Part shown: positions 20,853-33,105 of the stretch, in pieces
Numbering within the stretch: the stretch's first letter is position 1
Layout of the letters: each line of letters opens with the position of its first letter
NCBI GenBank assembly: GCA_000934665.2
Contig: JYFJ02003189.1
Span: forward strand, 1-45,359
DNA: 45,359 nt
Source: Catajapyx aquilonaris
Lineage: Eukaryota
Reading direction: 5' to 3'
Position numbers and translations under genes: made by a program
Notes under the pieces: generated by a model
Seen by the model: only the letters and a program-made list of their open reading frames with translations
Told to the model about the DNA's origin: nothing
Database searches by the model: none

Positions 20853-21787
20853 CTGCAGAAGGACATTACTCCAATTAACAAAATGGAAAATGATATCGCA
20901 CTCTTACTGGTGACCAAAGCTGATGTGAATACATCTCTTATGGTTGCAATCCTGGGGCTAAACGTGACACTTTACGGGGCCGTAAAAAATTTATGGCCAT
21001 ATCGCATCACCGTAATCCGAGGGATTAAATCCTTGAAGGAATGACTACGAAGGGACCAATGCAACTGTCAAGCAGGCTATCGATCTGCCTGCAGTGGTGG
21101 TGCCCAGAAAACCGGTAAATGCTTTTCATCATTTCGCGACTATAGTGGACATGATGCTGTCATTAGAGATGCACATCTGCCTTGCCTGTTATGACATTTC
21201 GACATTTTCTGATAGTGAGGTTTTCCTCTTCAGGGTGTCGAAATATCGCAGCTGAACGGATTATTTTATAAATATTTTTTGGCAAATTATTAGACACTCA
21301 TTCAATATTCTCTTACCCTTTTTACATAGTCGTACTGCTCAGTGTCATACGATGGTAAGGCAAAATACATTTGACGGCTCTCTGCATACTGTATTCCCAA
21401 ATATAGCAATAGCCTAGTACTAATACTCTTTGTGTGCTCTTGCATCTCCTTTGTAGCGACAGCGCCGAGCAAATTTTTTACGAGTCAGTTTGGATCATAA
21501 TGAATGCGCAAGTCGCAGTCAATCTCTAGTCATTTGGGAATATGTGTCACCAAAATAAGGGGACAAAAGTTCTACGATTTTAATATTCAACTGTATACAG
21601 TATAGGAACGTCATCAGCGTACAGATTGTGAACCCACCTTTAAACTTCTAGGCTATAATTAACAATTATTTTTGACTTCTACTGAAGCGCATAAATTGAT
21701 GTATGCCCTTTGAAAAATATGCATATAGAGAGACTTCCATTACTCATGCAAAATGTCACCAAAAGGTTACATATAGAACCGTTTTAC

Positions 21788-21959
21788 CTCATTCATGCGT
21801 GTGTTTTCAAATTCCTGCAGCTGCTTTTGAAATCCGATGTTGGGATTGGCCACCGCCCTTGCCCCTCGGACGATCTTGAGCGAGTCTTGCCAGTTGAAGC
21901 ATGTGACACTCATCACATAAGCCACGGCCACTGTCACGCTGCGTGACATGCCTGCCAAG
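21788..21959 (-). CDS. DUSP22: DUSP22/15-like phosphatase, catalytic P-loop exon
   Basis: Acceptor TTCCAG|C completes the catalytic Cys codon. Reads (C)LAGMSRSVTVAVAYVM...RAVANPNIGFQKQLQEFE. Donor GAG|GTAAAA. Confidence 0.96.
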
Positions 21960-22562
21960 CTGGAATAAAAAGAAAAACAAATCTCCACACCAGCATCTTT
22001 CCAGCACCCTAAATCAATTAATTAGTCTCATCGATTTATTTCCCAGGACGGATGGCCTCAATCCTGAAAACACGATCCGTTCGGTGTTCGGTTACACTCG
22101 ACGAACTCAATCTAGCATTGCAATTTAATCCCTAGTTACACAGATTTTTCATTTGCATGATAAAGATCAGCTGCATCAATATGCAACAATGGCTGATGAC
22201 GACATCAAGTACATGTGATGTAGTGTAACAAAAGGGCATCCCAGGAAACGATTGTTCATCACGTCAGGCTTTCATTTTTCTGATTTGTGCGAATAATCAC
22301 TTTTTTCCCAAAAAGATATGATTTTTACTGAATAGTCTATTTAATACCGTGGTTCAGCTAAAATACGTAGATGGCTTATGATGGTGCAGAAGAGTAGACC
22401 TCATGGTATATCGTGTTGTACCATACTGTAAGGATTAACTACTATTATCCTTATCTCAGGAACAAAAATAAAATGTTATCAAGAGATTGCCGTGCCTTTA
22501 CCCTTCTAGTTCACTGGACTTGGCTGCCGGGTTGGTATGATATGTGTTACGTGATACTAATA

Positions 22563-22838
22563 CAGTGTTGGATATTAATCGCGTCATACTGCTTGCGACA
22601 TTTCTGAAGCGGCAGAAGTGCAAATCGAAGTGATAGAGTGTGAGCCGTGCGAGTAAGAAGAGGTAGGCCTTGAGTGACATCACCGGCTGGGGGGCAATGA
22701 AGAAAAGGCTTATCCCCACCAGTGACGTCACCCATACCATTTCTTACTCGCATGGCTCGCACTCTATCACTTCGATTTGCTCGTCTGCCGCTTCGGAAAA
22801 TGTCGCTAGCAGTATGACGTGATTAATGTCCAGCACTG
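22563..22838. mobile_element. Tc1/mariner-type foldback MITE
   Basis: TA|CAGTG...CACTG|TA with roughly 100-bp imperfect inverted arms. Confidence 0.88.
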
Positions 22839-25800
22839 TACCAGTACGTATGGGCCTGCTTAATTAATAACTATATTTTAATACCACACAGTTTACCATA
22901 CGCATCTTCAAGAACATCCATTATCCAATCAATGTGCTATCATTAACGCAGTTCTGAACTACTGAGTGTATAGTTTTCGCTGGCTGCTAATATTACGAGT
23001 AATTGTAATAAATCATACTGTGACAATAATAAACCAACATTAGTGTGCACTGCTTCTGGTGTTAATAGCTGCTGCTAACTTTAGCAGAAAGACAAAATAC
23101 TCACTGAACTTTAAAACAGTGCTATAATCGCTTGACGATCAACGAAAGTGAGTGCAACAATGGTTCTAATATGCCCCAGATTAGAATCGCCCCCACATAT
23201 AACTCCCGTGGAGTAACGGAGTCTGGACAATAATAGTTCTCACTTCCTCCTTTCGCGTGTGAAGGACAATAATTCCGGGTCAGCGACTTGGTAGCCAAGC
23301 AACGAGGCAATTTCTTTGCAGACGACGTACACAAGAACTAATCAATCCTTGTTGAAATGCAGCAAAGAAAACCCAGTCACCCGAATTCTCTCCGGGAAAT
23401 TAGACTCAAGGAAATGCCCCTTCCGAGCAAATGTCCGGTCCAGGTGTGGTGAATTTCAATAGAGAGCCAAATGAGAGGCTGTAGTGTGATCGATCAACCA
23501 CATCCGACAATACGTTCCATTAAGGTAGTCAGCTGTTAGATGCTCTTCGAAAATCTTCATTTTGAACCGGCAGTTTATGGGTGTGGTTCTCTCATCCTTA
23601 TTTCCTGTATGCCTTTCATGTACAGACCTCGTTATGTGTGCGATAAATGGGGACGCGTGGGTGGCTTTTGCGTAATGTCGGAAGTGAAAATGCGACCACG
23701 TTCGCCGTGATGTCAACAAGTGCACGCTAGAGGATTCTAGATTTTGACCTCAATTTTGAAGCTGGATAGGTCGGGATTGTACATGTGCCAAAACTCGTGT
23801 GTTCATTCAGGACTAGGATTTCAAGGCAGAACAAATATTGGATGAGGATGTCTACACGATGACACGATTCAAAATCACTTACGACGAAGAGATGACAATT
23901 TTTATTCATATTTAATGACGATCAAGGGACACTACTTCAGTAAATATTAACCGTACTGAATTGAGTATCAGGCCCCACAAGTGTTTTAAAAGCGACGGAA
24001 AAAAACTGCACGGTTTTTTCCTACTAACTTTTAGTAGTGTGGTAGGCCCCGGTGGAATCCCGCGCTCACTATACCCTGTGCTTAGGAATTAAAACTTTTT
24101 CTGTCCCTATTAAAACTCGTAGTGTTCCTGGGACCTACGTAAATGGACTGCAACACACTCCAGCATGTACCGGTAAATTAGGGGGAAAAATGGTTGTGAA
24201 TAGCAATAATAAGTAAACTCATTTCATTAGGCTTACCCACTTCTGAGCAATATACAGATATAGGCTTACCTATTGTTCACTATTTCACTGAAAGGGCGAA
24301 AATTATGAAATTTACTTTTGCAATGTGTATGGGATTTCAACATATCCAGTTTCCCCTTCTGATGTATCGTTGCCCTAAAAATTTGAGTTGCACATATATG
24401 TTTAAATGATACGAATCACTTACATAACTAGTGACGTTCCCGTATTCCAATACTGTTCCAGCCTCATACTGTACAGTTTATATAGCCACTTTTTTTCCTT
24501 TATAAAAAGCCCAGCGCAATTTCCACAAATCCATCTCGTTTTTATGTACCCCGCCCAACCATTTATGATTATAGGATCTATTTGCCTATACCTCCAAAAA
24601 ATCAATACACGTGGTCTCAAAAGGCAGGTTAGATCTTCATAGGTATAATCATCGTGGACCGTTCTCATATCAGCTGGCAATCTGGTCGGAACGCACTATA
24701 CAGTATACTGGACGACTTTGCTATGAAGGGGCGCACTCTTTTCAAAGACCTTCACGCTGCCTTGCCACCGGGCAACCAGTTAATTAGGGAGCTGTCAGAG
24801 GCATTCCTACTGGTACACACTACTGGCAAAAAAAAACTGCCTTGAAAAAAACTGGCATGAAGCGCCAATGCAACTGAGGTGATAATAAATATGATTAATC
24901 ATCGCTACTTATATGTTATTCGATATGTGCTTCTTTGTGAGCATACAAGAGAAATCTCACAAGTCTAATTATTGTGGTGGTTTTGAGTTATTTACACGAA
25001 TAAGTAGTACACGAATAGTATTCTGTTGATGGTGAAGTCGTCGAATCGTAATGAGACAGCTAGCCAGGATTTTCTGTCTTTACTACCATGTATGCAAATT
25101 GTTTGCTTTGAATTATCTCGAATTTTTTCCCGACTTAGAGGACTTCTATGCCCAGTTTTTAATCATCAGCTTATGTTCCGGTAACCCATTTTTGTCAAAA
25201 ATTACAACCAGACAGCGTTAAATACCTGATATTGGCCGTCATTAATCACTGGTACCAAATTTAATAACAGTTAAGATCGCACTTTAATTCCTCATAATTC
25301 TCCAGTACGACCTAATTAGCCAAAAAAAAATCCAACGATCAATTTTTGCATTTCGTTTGCGATAATAATCTCATTAAAATACCCACAGGACCTGACACCA
25401 TATAAATTCGCGGCGCATGTAGCTAATGAGACAAGATGATCTAATAATTTTTCCACAACTTCAGCCCAATCCGACTTGCATCATAAGCACCTTTCAGACA
25501 TGTGAAAATGAACCCAGTGAAAGGAATTAGGTCCTAAAGTGCTACTTTTGCTAATTCAGTTTCGCTCTGATGTATAGCATCGTCCCTCGACAATGTAAGT
25601 AAATGTCTGGGAAGATTGGCCGAGAATCAACTATTCAGATTGAGGGCGAGGCTAAATAGCACTTTTTTCTTATCTGTTCAACGTGCCTAATGAATACTAC
25701 TCCAAATGGCCCAATTTTAATTAGAACTGCTGGTGAAGGACTTTTCATTAATATATTAGTGGCAGCTGTTTCACTTAAGTATTTCATCGTTTCGGAGTGT

Positions 25801-26256
25801 TTGAAGCTTCCAATAAATACCTGCACATGATAAGGCTGGTGTAAACCTCATTTCCGTGATATGTTCGACGAGTAAAATAATTTATTAAAAGCTTACGTCA
25901 ACAGGATTAAACGTCCGTTTGAAATATGGCTGCTTTTAAGATAAGGACGCTCACTGAAACATGCAAGCGCTCAACAACGTTGATACCGTGTATCCCATCG
26001 AGTGTAGACGAATGTTGTCGTTCAGAGCAAAGGTGTTATGAAAATTTTACTTCCATGCATGCACTACAGTACCCACATCCTAACTTATTTAAAAATAGGC
26101 ATGTCCTAACATATAATATATATTTTATATTTATTTATCGTTATCGATATGATCGTATTATTATATTTTATATGTATAAATATTGAGACTTCTGTGGTTA
26201 AGCCATACAAGGTAGGGTTTCAAAAGAGCATTTCTTTTGTACCGCACTATACCCAC

Positions 26257-26325
26257 CGATCTGATTGGTGGAGCAGACCCCCCCCCCCNCCCCCCCCCCC
26301 ACCATCTGCTCCACCAATCAGATCG
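26257..26325. repeat. Perfect 21-bp inverted repeat around a poly-C tract
   Basis: CGATCTGATTGGTGGAGCAGA / TCTGCTCCACCAATCAGATCG. The loop contains an N. Confidence 0.8.
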
Positions 26326-27927
26326 CTTAGGGTGTCTGGTGTGGAGTGGAGGGGGAGAGGTCGCCTAATCCCTTTTTTGAGAAGTTATGCTGTGGGGACT
26401 GTATACTGTATATGAGCTCACAATTTAACAAGCAGTTTCTGAATCACCCTGTAAACTATGATAATTGCTTTGAATGATTCATCTGATATATACGGTACGT
26501 ATTGTTATAAATAGCTGGCTCGACAGTAAATTGTGCGTATAGTACTATTGTGACCGTTTAGAGTCACTATATTACTCCATCAGTTTTGACAAAGTGGGGA
26601 TTAGCGGCATATTTATTTCCACTCTAACCTCACATTAGTTGAATATAGTTGCGGCTGTTTCGAGCGTAACAACTTTGATTAAGGGCGGCAGAGGAAATAC
26701 CTGCACATGCAAACCTGTATACAGCAAGAGAATTAATAACAAAGTTTTGTAGAATATATTCTGCACAAAAAGTCATGCAAAGTTTTTTTTTACTTTGAAA
26801 ATTTGAAGGAGGGTTTCTTATAAAGCATTTTCTTAATATCTGTTGGTCTGCAGGGTATAGCCTATACCGAGAAGACTCACAAATATGCCGAGAAGCACGC
26901 AAAGGCCTATAGGCACGATAGGTTAGGGCTCGGAAAATTGCGACTTACGCAAATTACTAATAGCAGACACGGAAGCCCGCCCTTTCTCTCCCATTAAAGT
27001 TTTTTGCTCCTTCCCTTCGTGAGGTCTAGTATGATATAGTTGAGTCGTTAAAGTGACGGGAGCAGGGATAATTTAAAAATAGGTGTAGGCATCAATTTAT
27101 TTATCTCTTGGGTCTTTAAAAAACATATAAGTTGCACACACCTGTAATTTCATGGTTCAGATTTTTTTGATACATCATATAGAAACGCCGATTTTTTTTT
27201 TTTGCAGCAATCACTACAGTGCAATATCTGTAGGCGGTGCCGTACCCAATGTGATTAGTTCCTTCCGTCCTTTTCCTTGGCTGATTGGTCATAATTACAT
27301 AGTGCGGTGGCGAATGGCTTTTTAGGTGCCATAGCACCTACTCTCTATGATGAACCAATAAATAGGTAAAATTAAGATTTTCAGATTAGGTTCAGTTCAT
27401 AATCAACTTTAACTTTTGAGATATATTGAATTATGCTGATATTGTCAAAACATTGACCTGCCAATATGAGAATACACTACATGTTTACTGGACTTCGTAT
27501 AGGCTTTATGCTATTTCATTCACAGAATTATTGAGGTCGTATTTTAATAAAGCAGCTGTTGCAGAGGATTTAAATTATGGAACATTTTAAAAGAATAGTA
27601 CTTGCAATACTTTTGTTATCCTCGAGTTTTAAAATGCTGTACCGTACGCTATATCTCCTACGGGATATCCTCGCTAGAGTAGTTCTTCTCTTTATAATTC
27701 TCTGCGCTCAAACAACCGTGTTTCGAGTACTGTTGCATTACAGAAAAGATCTCTATTAAGACTTTACTATGCGCCTAGATAACAATTCTGTAGTTTGGCC
27801 TCGGCTCTAGCCTACTGCCCGCTCTGAAATGGTTCAAGTTATAGTATCGATCCTAGCACAGCTGACATCTGTTTTAAAGGCACTAGGACCTTGAGGCTGT
27901 ACATTTCTCTTGATTTCTTATTTTACA

Positions 27928-27995
27928 TGCCCTTACTAGGATTCGAACCTGGGACCTCCAGCCTGTTGGTGCTCTTCCAACTGACCTATAAGAGC
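27928..27995 (-). other. tRNA-like element, copy 3
   Basis: GCTCTTATAGGTCAGTTGGAAGAGC...GGAGGTCCCAGGTTCGAATCCTAGTAAGGGC. Acceptor stem fully paired; anticodon arm partly deleted. Confidence 0.7.
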
Positions 27996-29162
27996 ACATG
28001 GCTATTGTCTAGCATAGAAACCCTTCATGACCTTGGATAGAGCTGGCACAATCCTACTGTACTTCTCCCGCCCGCTTCATTAACGATGGTGATAATTACC
28101 CCTAAGCCAAACATTCCCATTGAGAAGTTGTTACATGCGGTGAATATTTAGCCAATTATGGGTTATACTGTCGCATATATATAGTGGAAAAACTACAGTA
28201 TGCGAGACCTAATATGTAATATGCTAGATATGAGTTTCAGATTTTGTGTTTGTATTATTATGTAGATGTTTGACTTCTGACTTGACAACTGCAATTTAAC
28301 TTGACTGCGTAGGAATACCTTGGGGAAATTTGATCCCCTTAACAAGTTGACAGGGTGCTGATACATCGCTCTGTTTCGACAATAATATGTATACGAAGTA
28401 ATTTGAATATAAAAGGACCGCTTATTTCGTAAAAGGGACATACTGGCGTACGGGTACAGAATGTATTTTTTGCTACGGTCTGAAATTGATGAGACACGCG
28501 CAGAGGCCAAATTAAAACTACGGAGTAATTAGTTTCTCCGTCACTAAAGAGGAAATTCTACGAGAAAATGTTCTAGCGTATAATGTATATCTTGGAAACC
28601 ATTTCAGACCATTAAATGTTTATACATGTATAAGCAAGTGCCTGGAATAACCTAATTGTAGGCTACAGTACTACTGTAGGCCTACATCAGAAAAGGTTGC
28701 TTTCTAGCTATTTTCTCATCGTACAGTAGTAGGCCTACAGTACCCTGCATTAATGGCCATGCACAGACATCGCCACCTGTCCAAGAACGAGCGGAAATAG
28801 GCGCCTGTGGGGTGCGTCCAAAATACTTGGACAGCTCAAGATATAGCGGTAGATTCAAACTCTTGCTACAAAGATGGATCACAGATATATCTGTGGGATG
28901 AATTATAAGGCCATTGCGATTCCTATCAATGTATTGAGGTTGTGAGCCAGTTATTACACGGACCGAGCGAATGCCTGTTAATCCACCGCGATATCTTGAG
29001 CCGTCTAGAGTGGACTTGTAAGCAGTCTTGATCATAAAGTATTTTGGACACAGCCCACCAGACGCCTAGTTCCGCTCAATCTGGCCAGATGGCAATGTCT
29101 GTGCATGGCCATTAATGCAGGGTACTGGTACACATTGGAGCACTTAAATTCCATTTCAACAT

Positions 29163-29377
29163 AGAGTATAGTGGTTAACGCCACAGCCTTAAGGTCCCGA
29201 GTTCGATCCCCGGGTCGGACGGAGGACACTTATTATGTGGAAGAGATTCGATGGGTTCTCGCCGTGTTTGCGTGGATTTTCTCGGGATTCTCCCGTTTCC
29301 TCTCACTACCAAAAACCCACCACACGAATGCCAGATAGCCTTAGTTGCTTTGGCACAACCAACAACCAACCAACCAA
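29163..29377 (+). mobile_element. tRNA-derived SINE with V-domain-like core and (CAAC)n tail
   Basis: B box GAGTTCGATCCC, core GTTCTCGCCGTGTTTGCGTGGATTTTCTCGGGATTCTCCCGTTTCCTCTCAC, (CAAC)n tail. 12-bp TSD CCATTTCAACAT at 29151-29162 and 29378-29389. Confidence 0.88.
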
Positions 29378-31290
29378 CCATTTCAACATCTAAAAAGGCT
29401 TATTATGCTGCGTAACTTTAGCCTGTCAGGACTGTTATAGTTGGGTTCAAAAATAATTACGCACATTCCCGTTATGGTTACCAGTGTTAGCAGGGGTTTT
29501 ACTTGTAAAGGACTACAGGCTACTGTCTATAGTATACCGTTATGTTATCATCACAGCTAACGATGTGTCGAAAGCTTTGCATAACTAATACGCTTCAATT
29601 TTCAAGCAAGCAAGGTGTTCACTATAATTATCAAGAAGTACCTTACGTATTACACAGGAATGGCCACTGACACTTTTAATGCTGGTGTGTAAGTGCAATA
29701 GAGAGTATGGTACAAATTAATTACGACGTAACTAATAAATAAAAAAAACAGAAACGATAACCCCTTTAATCATTACACTTAGCAAAAATCAAAGAGATTA
29801 AGGTGAATTCAGCATATTTTAATTACTGTAAGTCACAATCAAAAGTTAAGTGAATAAAGTTACGACTTACTCAAAATTAATCTTTTAACTCCACAGCTGT
29901 GACTGGTTACAATAATTATACTCGAAAAATCACTGTAAATTTTGGAGGTGGGTAGCAATAGCGAGAGTGACATATAGGCTATATATTTTTTGCGACATAC
30001 TCTGGGGAGTTCCCGTGGCAGTGGCCAGAGCGGCCAGAGGATATATAGCTATATAGGACGCGAGAGGCCAGGGGTTAGAAAGCCCCCACGGACAAATGAG
30101 GCCTCAGAATATGACGTCGACGTGATGGGAAAATCAGTGAAATGACCACGATCCCCTGAGGAGATTTTATAAAGTGATGTCTCCTGTGACGTCGTATATA
30201 GTGTACCGGTACCTTCATGAACATTGTCGCAAGTTTTACCCAACACCTTTATAAAACTATTGAAATGGTGGACGTTAGACTGTTATCATATACAGTAGTT
30301 AGGCTTACATTGTCATACATTTCGAGCATCTGTAACATTTCTTTTGCAGGAAACCTTGCTGTATTTATGCGACTGTTGGCATTCACTATACTATAAAAAT
30401 AATGTCTGAATTATGGAGCGATAAACTTCTAACTGGTTGTAATATTACGATAATGGCGTACTGAAAGGTTATCTTGGAAATAGTGTACGGACTGAAAATC
30501 AAACATGTCCTTGTAAAGAACTACAGTGGCCACGTGTTGCACAAATGCTGAATATACTTGAAAAAGAAATAATGCGCACTATCACACCTTCCCCTCCAGG
30601 CACCTGAACATTGCTATAATTACATTATGAGAAAGCAAGAATTATTTCAAGCCATAAAAAGATAATGGGCGGCTGGAATTTCTACAGCGTTGGCCCTGTC
30701 ATATACGTGGGAAAAGTTACAGGATAACTGTATCACATGACACGGTCAGGCAAGTCTGAATCGATGCTAGCTCTCCACCTGACACAGCCTTTCTCTGCCT
30801 ATTTATACCTGTGTGCCACAGGATGGTAGTGACGACACAAAAGAATTCCGCAGAGGATATTTTCAAGCTTGCCATAGCGCAACTTTTACCTGCAGTCTGG
30901 GACCCAGGTAAGGGAGAAGAAGAAAAAAAAAAATCCCATGGGTATGTGACGAATGGTTGGAGAGATTCGGTGCGGATGTACAGGACCGAGATAAGTCGGC
31001 ATACACTAGTCGACATCACTCTAAAAAAAAAGTCCCATCTTCTTTGCTTTTCGCAGATTGCGACAGATGAGGCCAGAATTGTGACGAATGAAATCATGGA
31101 GCTAGATTTATATATCGAGGCCCTGCGGTGACTTCTTCGACATGACATATTATGTGCAGCTGTAAATACGTTTCCTCACATCATCAGTATTGCATGGAAT
31201 AGGCGGGAGACTGTAGGGAAAGTCTACCGCAAAAAAAACTTCGAATAACACTTTACGCCAGAAGCGATTATTTCAGACGTTTAATAATAA

Positions 31291-31643
31291 CTAGGCACCA
31301 ACTTGCCAAAATTTGGCAAAATTGCGAAAGTGGAGAGAGAGAGAGACGGACCAGGCAGCGACATCCGACGGCGAAGTACCGAAGTAAGCGAGTCGCCACC
31401 CTGGAGGTAGCGCCCTGCTGCCGGAACGGCGTTTATGGGAACTCCGTGGAAAGGTCGCGGTGATTTGTTTAAAAGGCGGTCGTCGTTTTTTGCGTTTTAT
31501 AAATTCCCTGGACACTATTTCCAAAAAATCAAAGTGGTTTGCAAATATAGAAAAAGCGGGCTAAATTTTGAGGCAACTCCCAAAGCTGTAGCCCGTACGG
31601 TGCGGGGGGAGTTGCTGCCTCAGTCGGGTATTACTAATATAGT
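31291..31643 (-). mobile_element. Non-autonomous Helitron, copy 1
   Basis: Minus strand ends with hairpin TTGCCAAATTTTGGCAA then CTAG|T. 5' end A|ACTATATTA (TC start mutated). Homologous to 32711-33105. Confidence 0.8.
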
Positions 31644-32099
31644 TAACTTCGAGAACAGTTCATAATAATATTATTCGATGACTCAGCCTTCTCAATGCCG
31701 TCTCGGATTTTATTGTTGTCAACTGCTTGTTGTTAGCTGTTGATACAGAATGGAGATTTACATGAACGCTATAAATTGTCCTTTCTGAGCTGTCCTCGCA
31801 CGGAGCTCATTTAAATATCTTATAACTTAAATCGATAGTGTAACTTCTTAGGAAAGGTGATAAGCTAAGGGGAAAGGTCATGAAAGTTACTTTAGTTTAC
31901 TGTCTTGCATTCGAATTTTGCCAACTACGCACATTATAAGTTTCTAAGAAGAATCTGAATGTATCCGTACCCTTTGCCATTTCCTTCGACTTTACGTTAT
32001 GGAAGCATATTATGGAACATTATAAAACTTCATAAAATAATATAACTTATATGTTCGCAGAAAGTGAAGTTTTAAAAGCAATTTTTCTTTGCTTTTTAA

Positions 32100-32629
32100 A
32101 GTCTCGTGTCAACCAAAATTTTGGTGTTTCTATGTGCAATGACCTTCATAAAGAATTGATGAATGCTTACTCTCTTAACCCATTTTTATCCAAGGACAAA
32201 AATGTCGGTTAAATATGCTTTGTCCCGTCCGGTACCTAGATTAATTATCACTGTATCAATCACATGCAATAACTTAGTTTATGAATGAATATATATTTTA
32301 TTGATATGATACTCTTCCACAACATACTGAAAAATGTTTTTCTGAAATGTTCAAGAGAACAGAGTTATGCTATTATGTGTGCTACAATTCGTATGCATAT
32401 CCATTTCCTGTCCCGTCCGTTACCCGATTAAATGCAACTAAATCACCATGTTAAAACCTAAATTACCAACATCTGATGCTTTATAAATCTTAATACCATG
32501 AGTATATAATTATGTTGCTGTTGCAATGTTACATAATATATAAAAAAAGACTGATACCTTATACAATTTATATCTGAAAAAGCAAAATCCATTATTAATT
32601 TTGTCCCGTCCGTTACTGTGGAATGACCC
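32100..32629. mobile_element. DNA-transposon terminal fragment (GGGTCATTCCAC end)
   Basis: Ends GTGGAATGACCC. Subterminal motif TGTCCCGTCCG(G/T)TAC occurs three times (about 32221, 32409, 32602). Left boundary approximate. Confidence 0.5.
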
Positions 32630-32710
32630 ATATCTAGATTTAAATAGTAAAATGCATACCTGATCTAGAAGGAGCACCAACAGCAGATTTTTACAATGAT
32701 TAACATTCTA

Positions 32711-32760
32711 CTAGGCCAACTTGCCAAAATTTGGCAAAAAATGAGGCTAAAGTGCGAAAG

Positions 32761-32802
<42 letters not shown>

Positions 32803-33105
32803 AGGCAGCAGCATCGAAGCGACATCCGAAGGGGGGAGTACAGAAGTAAGCGAGTCGCCACCCAGCCAGTAACGCCACCCAGCACGTAATGGCAGAAATG
32901 GGAACTCCGTGGACCTGGCCTCGCCGCGTTTTTTTTTCGCGTTTTTTGAGTAGCCTATTACAAAATCCTTCGTGACCGTTTCTAAAAAACAAGTGGTTTG
33001 CAAATGTAGAAAACGCGAGCAAAATTTAGAGACCACCACTGCCAATGCTGTAGGCCCTACGGTGCGGGAAGAGTTTCCACGACAGTCGGGTATGAATAAT
33101 ATAGA
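32711..33105 (-). mobile_element. Non-autonomous Helitron, copy 2, with internal (GA)n
   Basis: Minus strand A|TCTATATT...hairpin TTGCCAAATTTTGGCAA...CCTAG|T, i.e. canonical TC and CTAG ends between A and T with no TSD. Confidence 0.85.

Noticed and set aside
21767..21988. ORF track shows SSLAGMSRS, suggesting a Cys-to-Ser pseudophosphatase
   Set aside because: The Ser comes from intron sequence. Splicing joins TG (37360-37359) to C (21959), restoring HCLAGMSRS.
30717..31148. 143-aa and 106-aa overlapping ORFs in the large DUSP intron
   Set aside because: No domain, homopolymer-derived runs and no convincing splice sites; likely chance ORFs.
15174..32629. GGGGCATTCCAC and inverted GTGGAATGACCC as the ends of one 17-kb transposon
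   Set aside because: The match is only 11/12, the subterminal sequences differ, there is no TSD (TAAT vs ATAT), and the span would cut through the DUSP gene.
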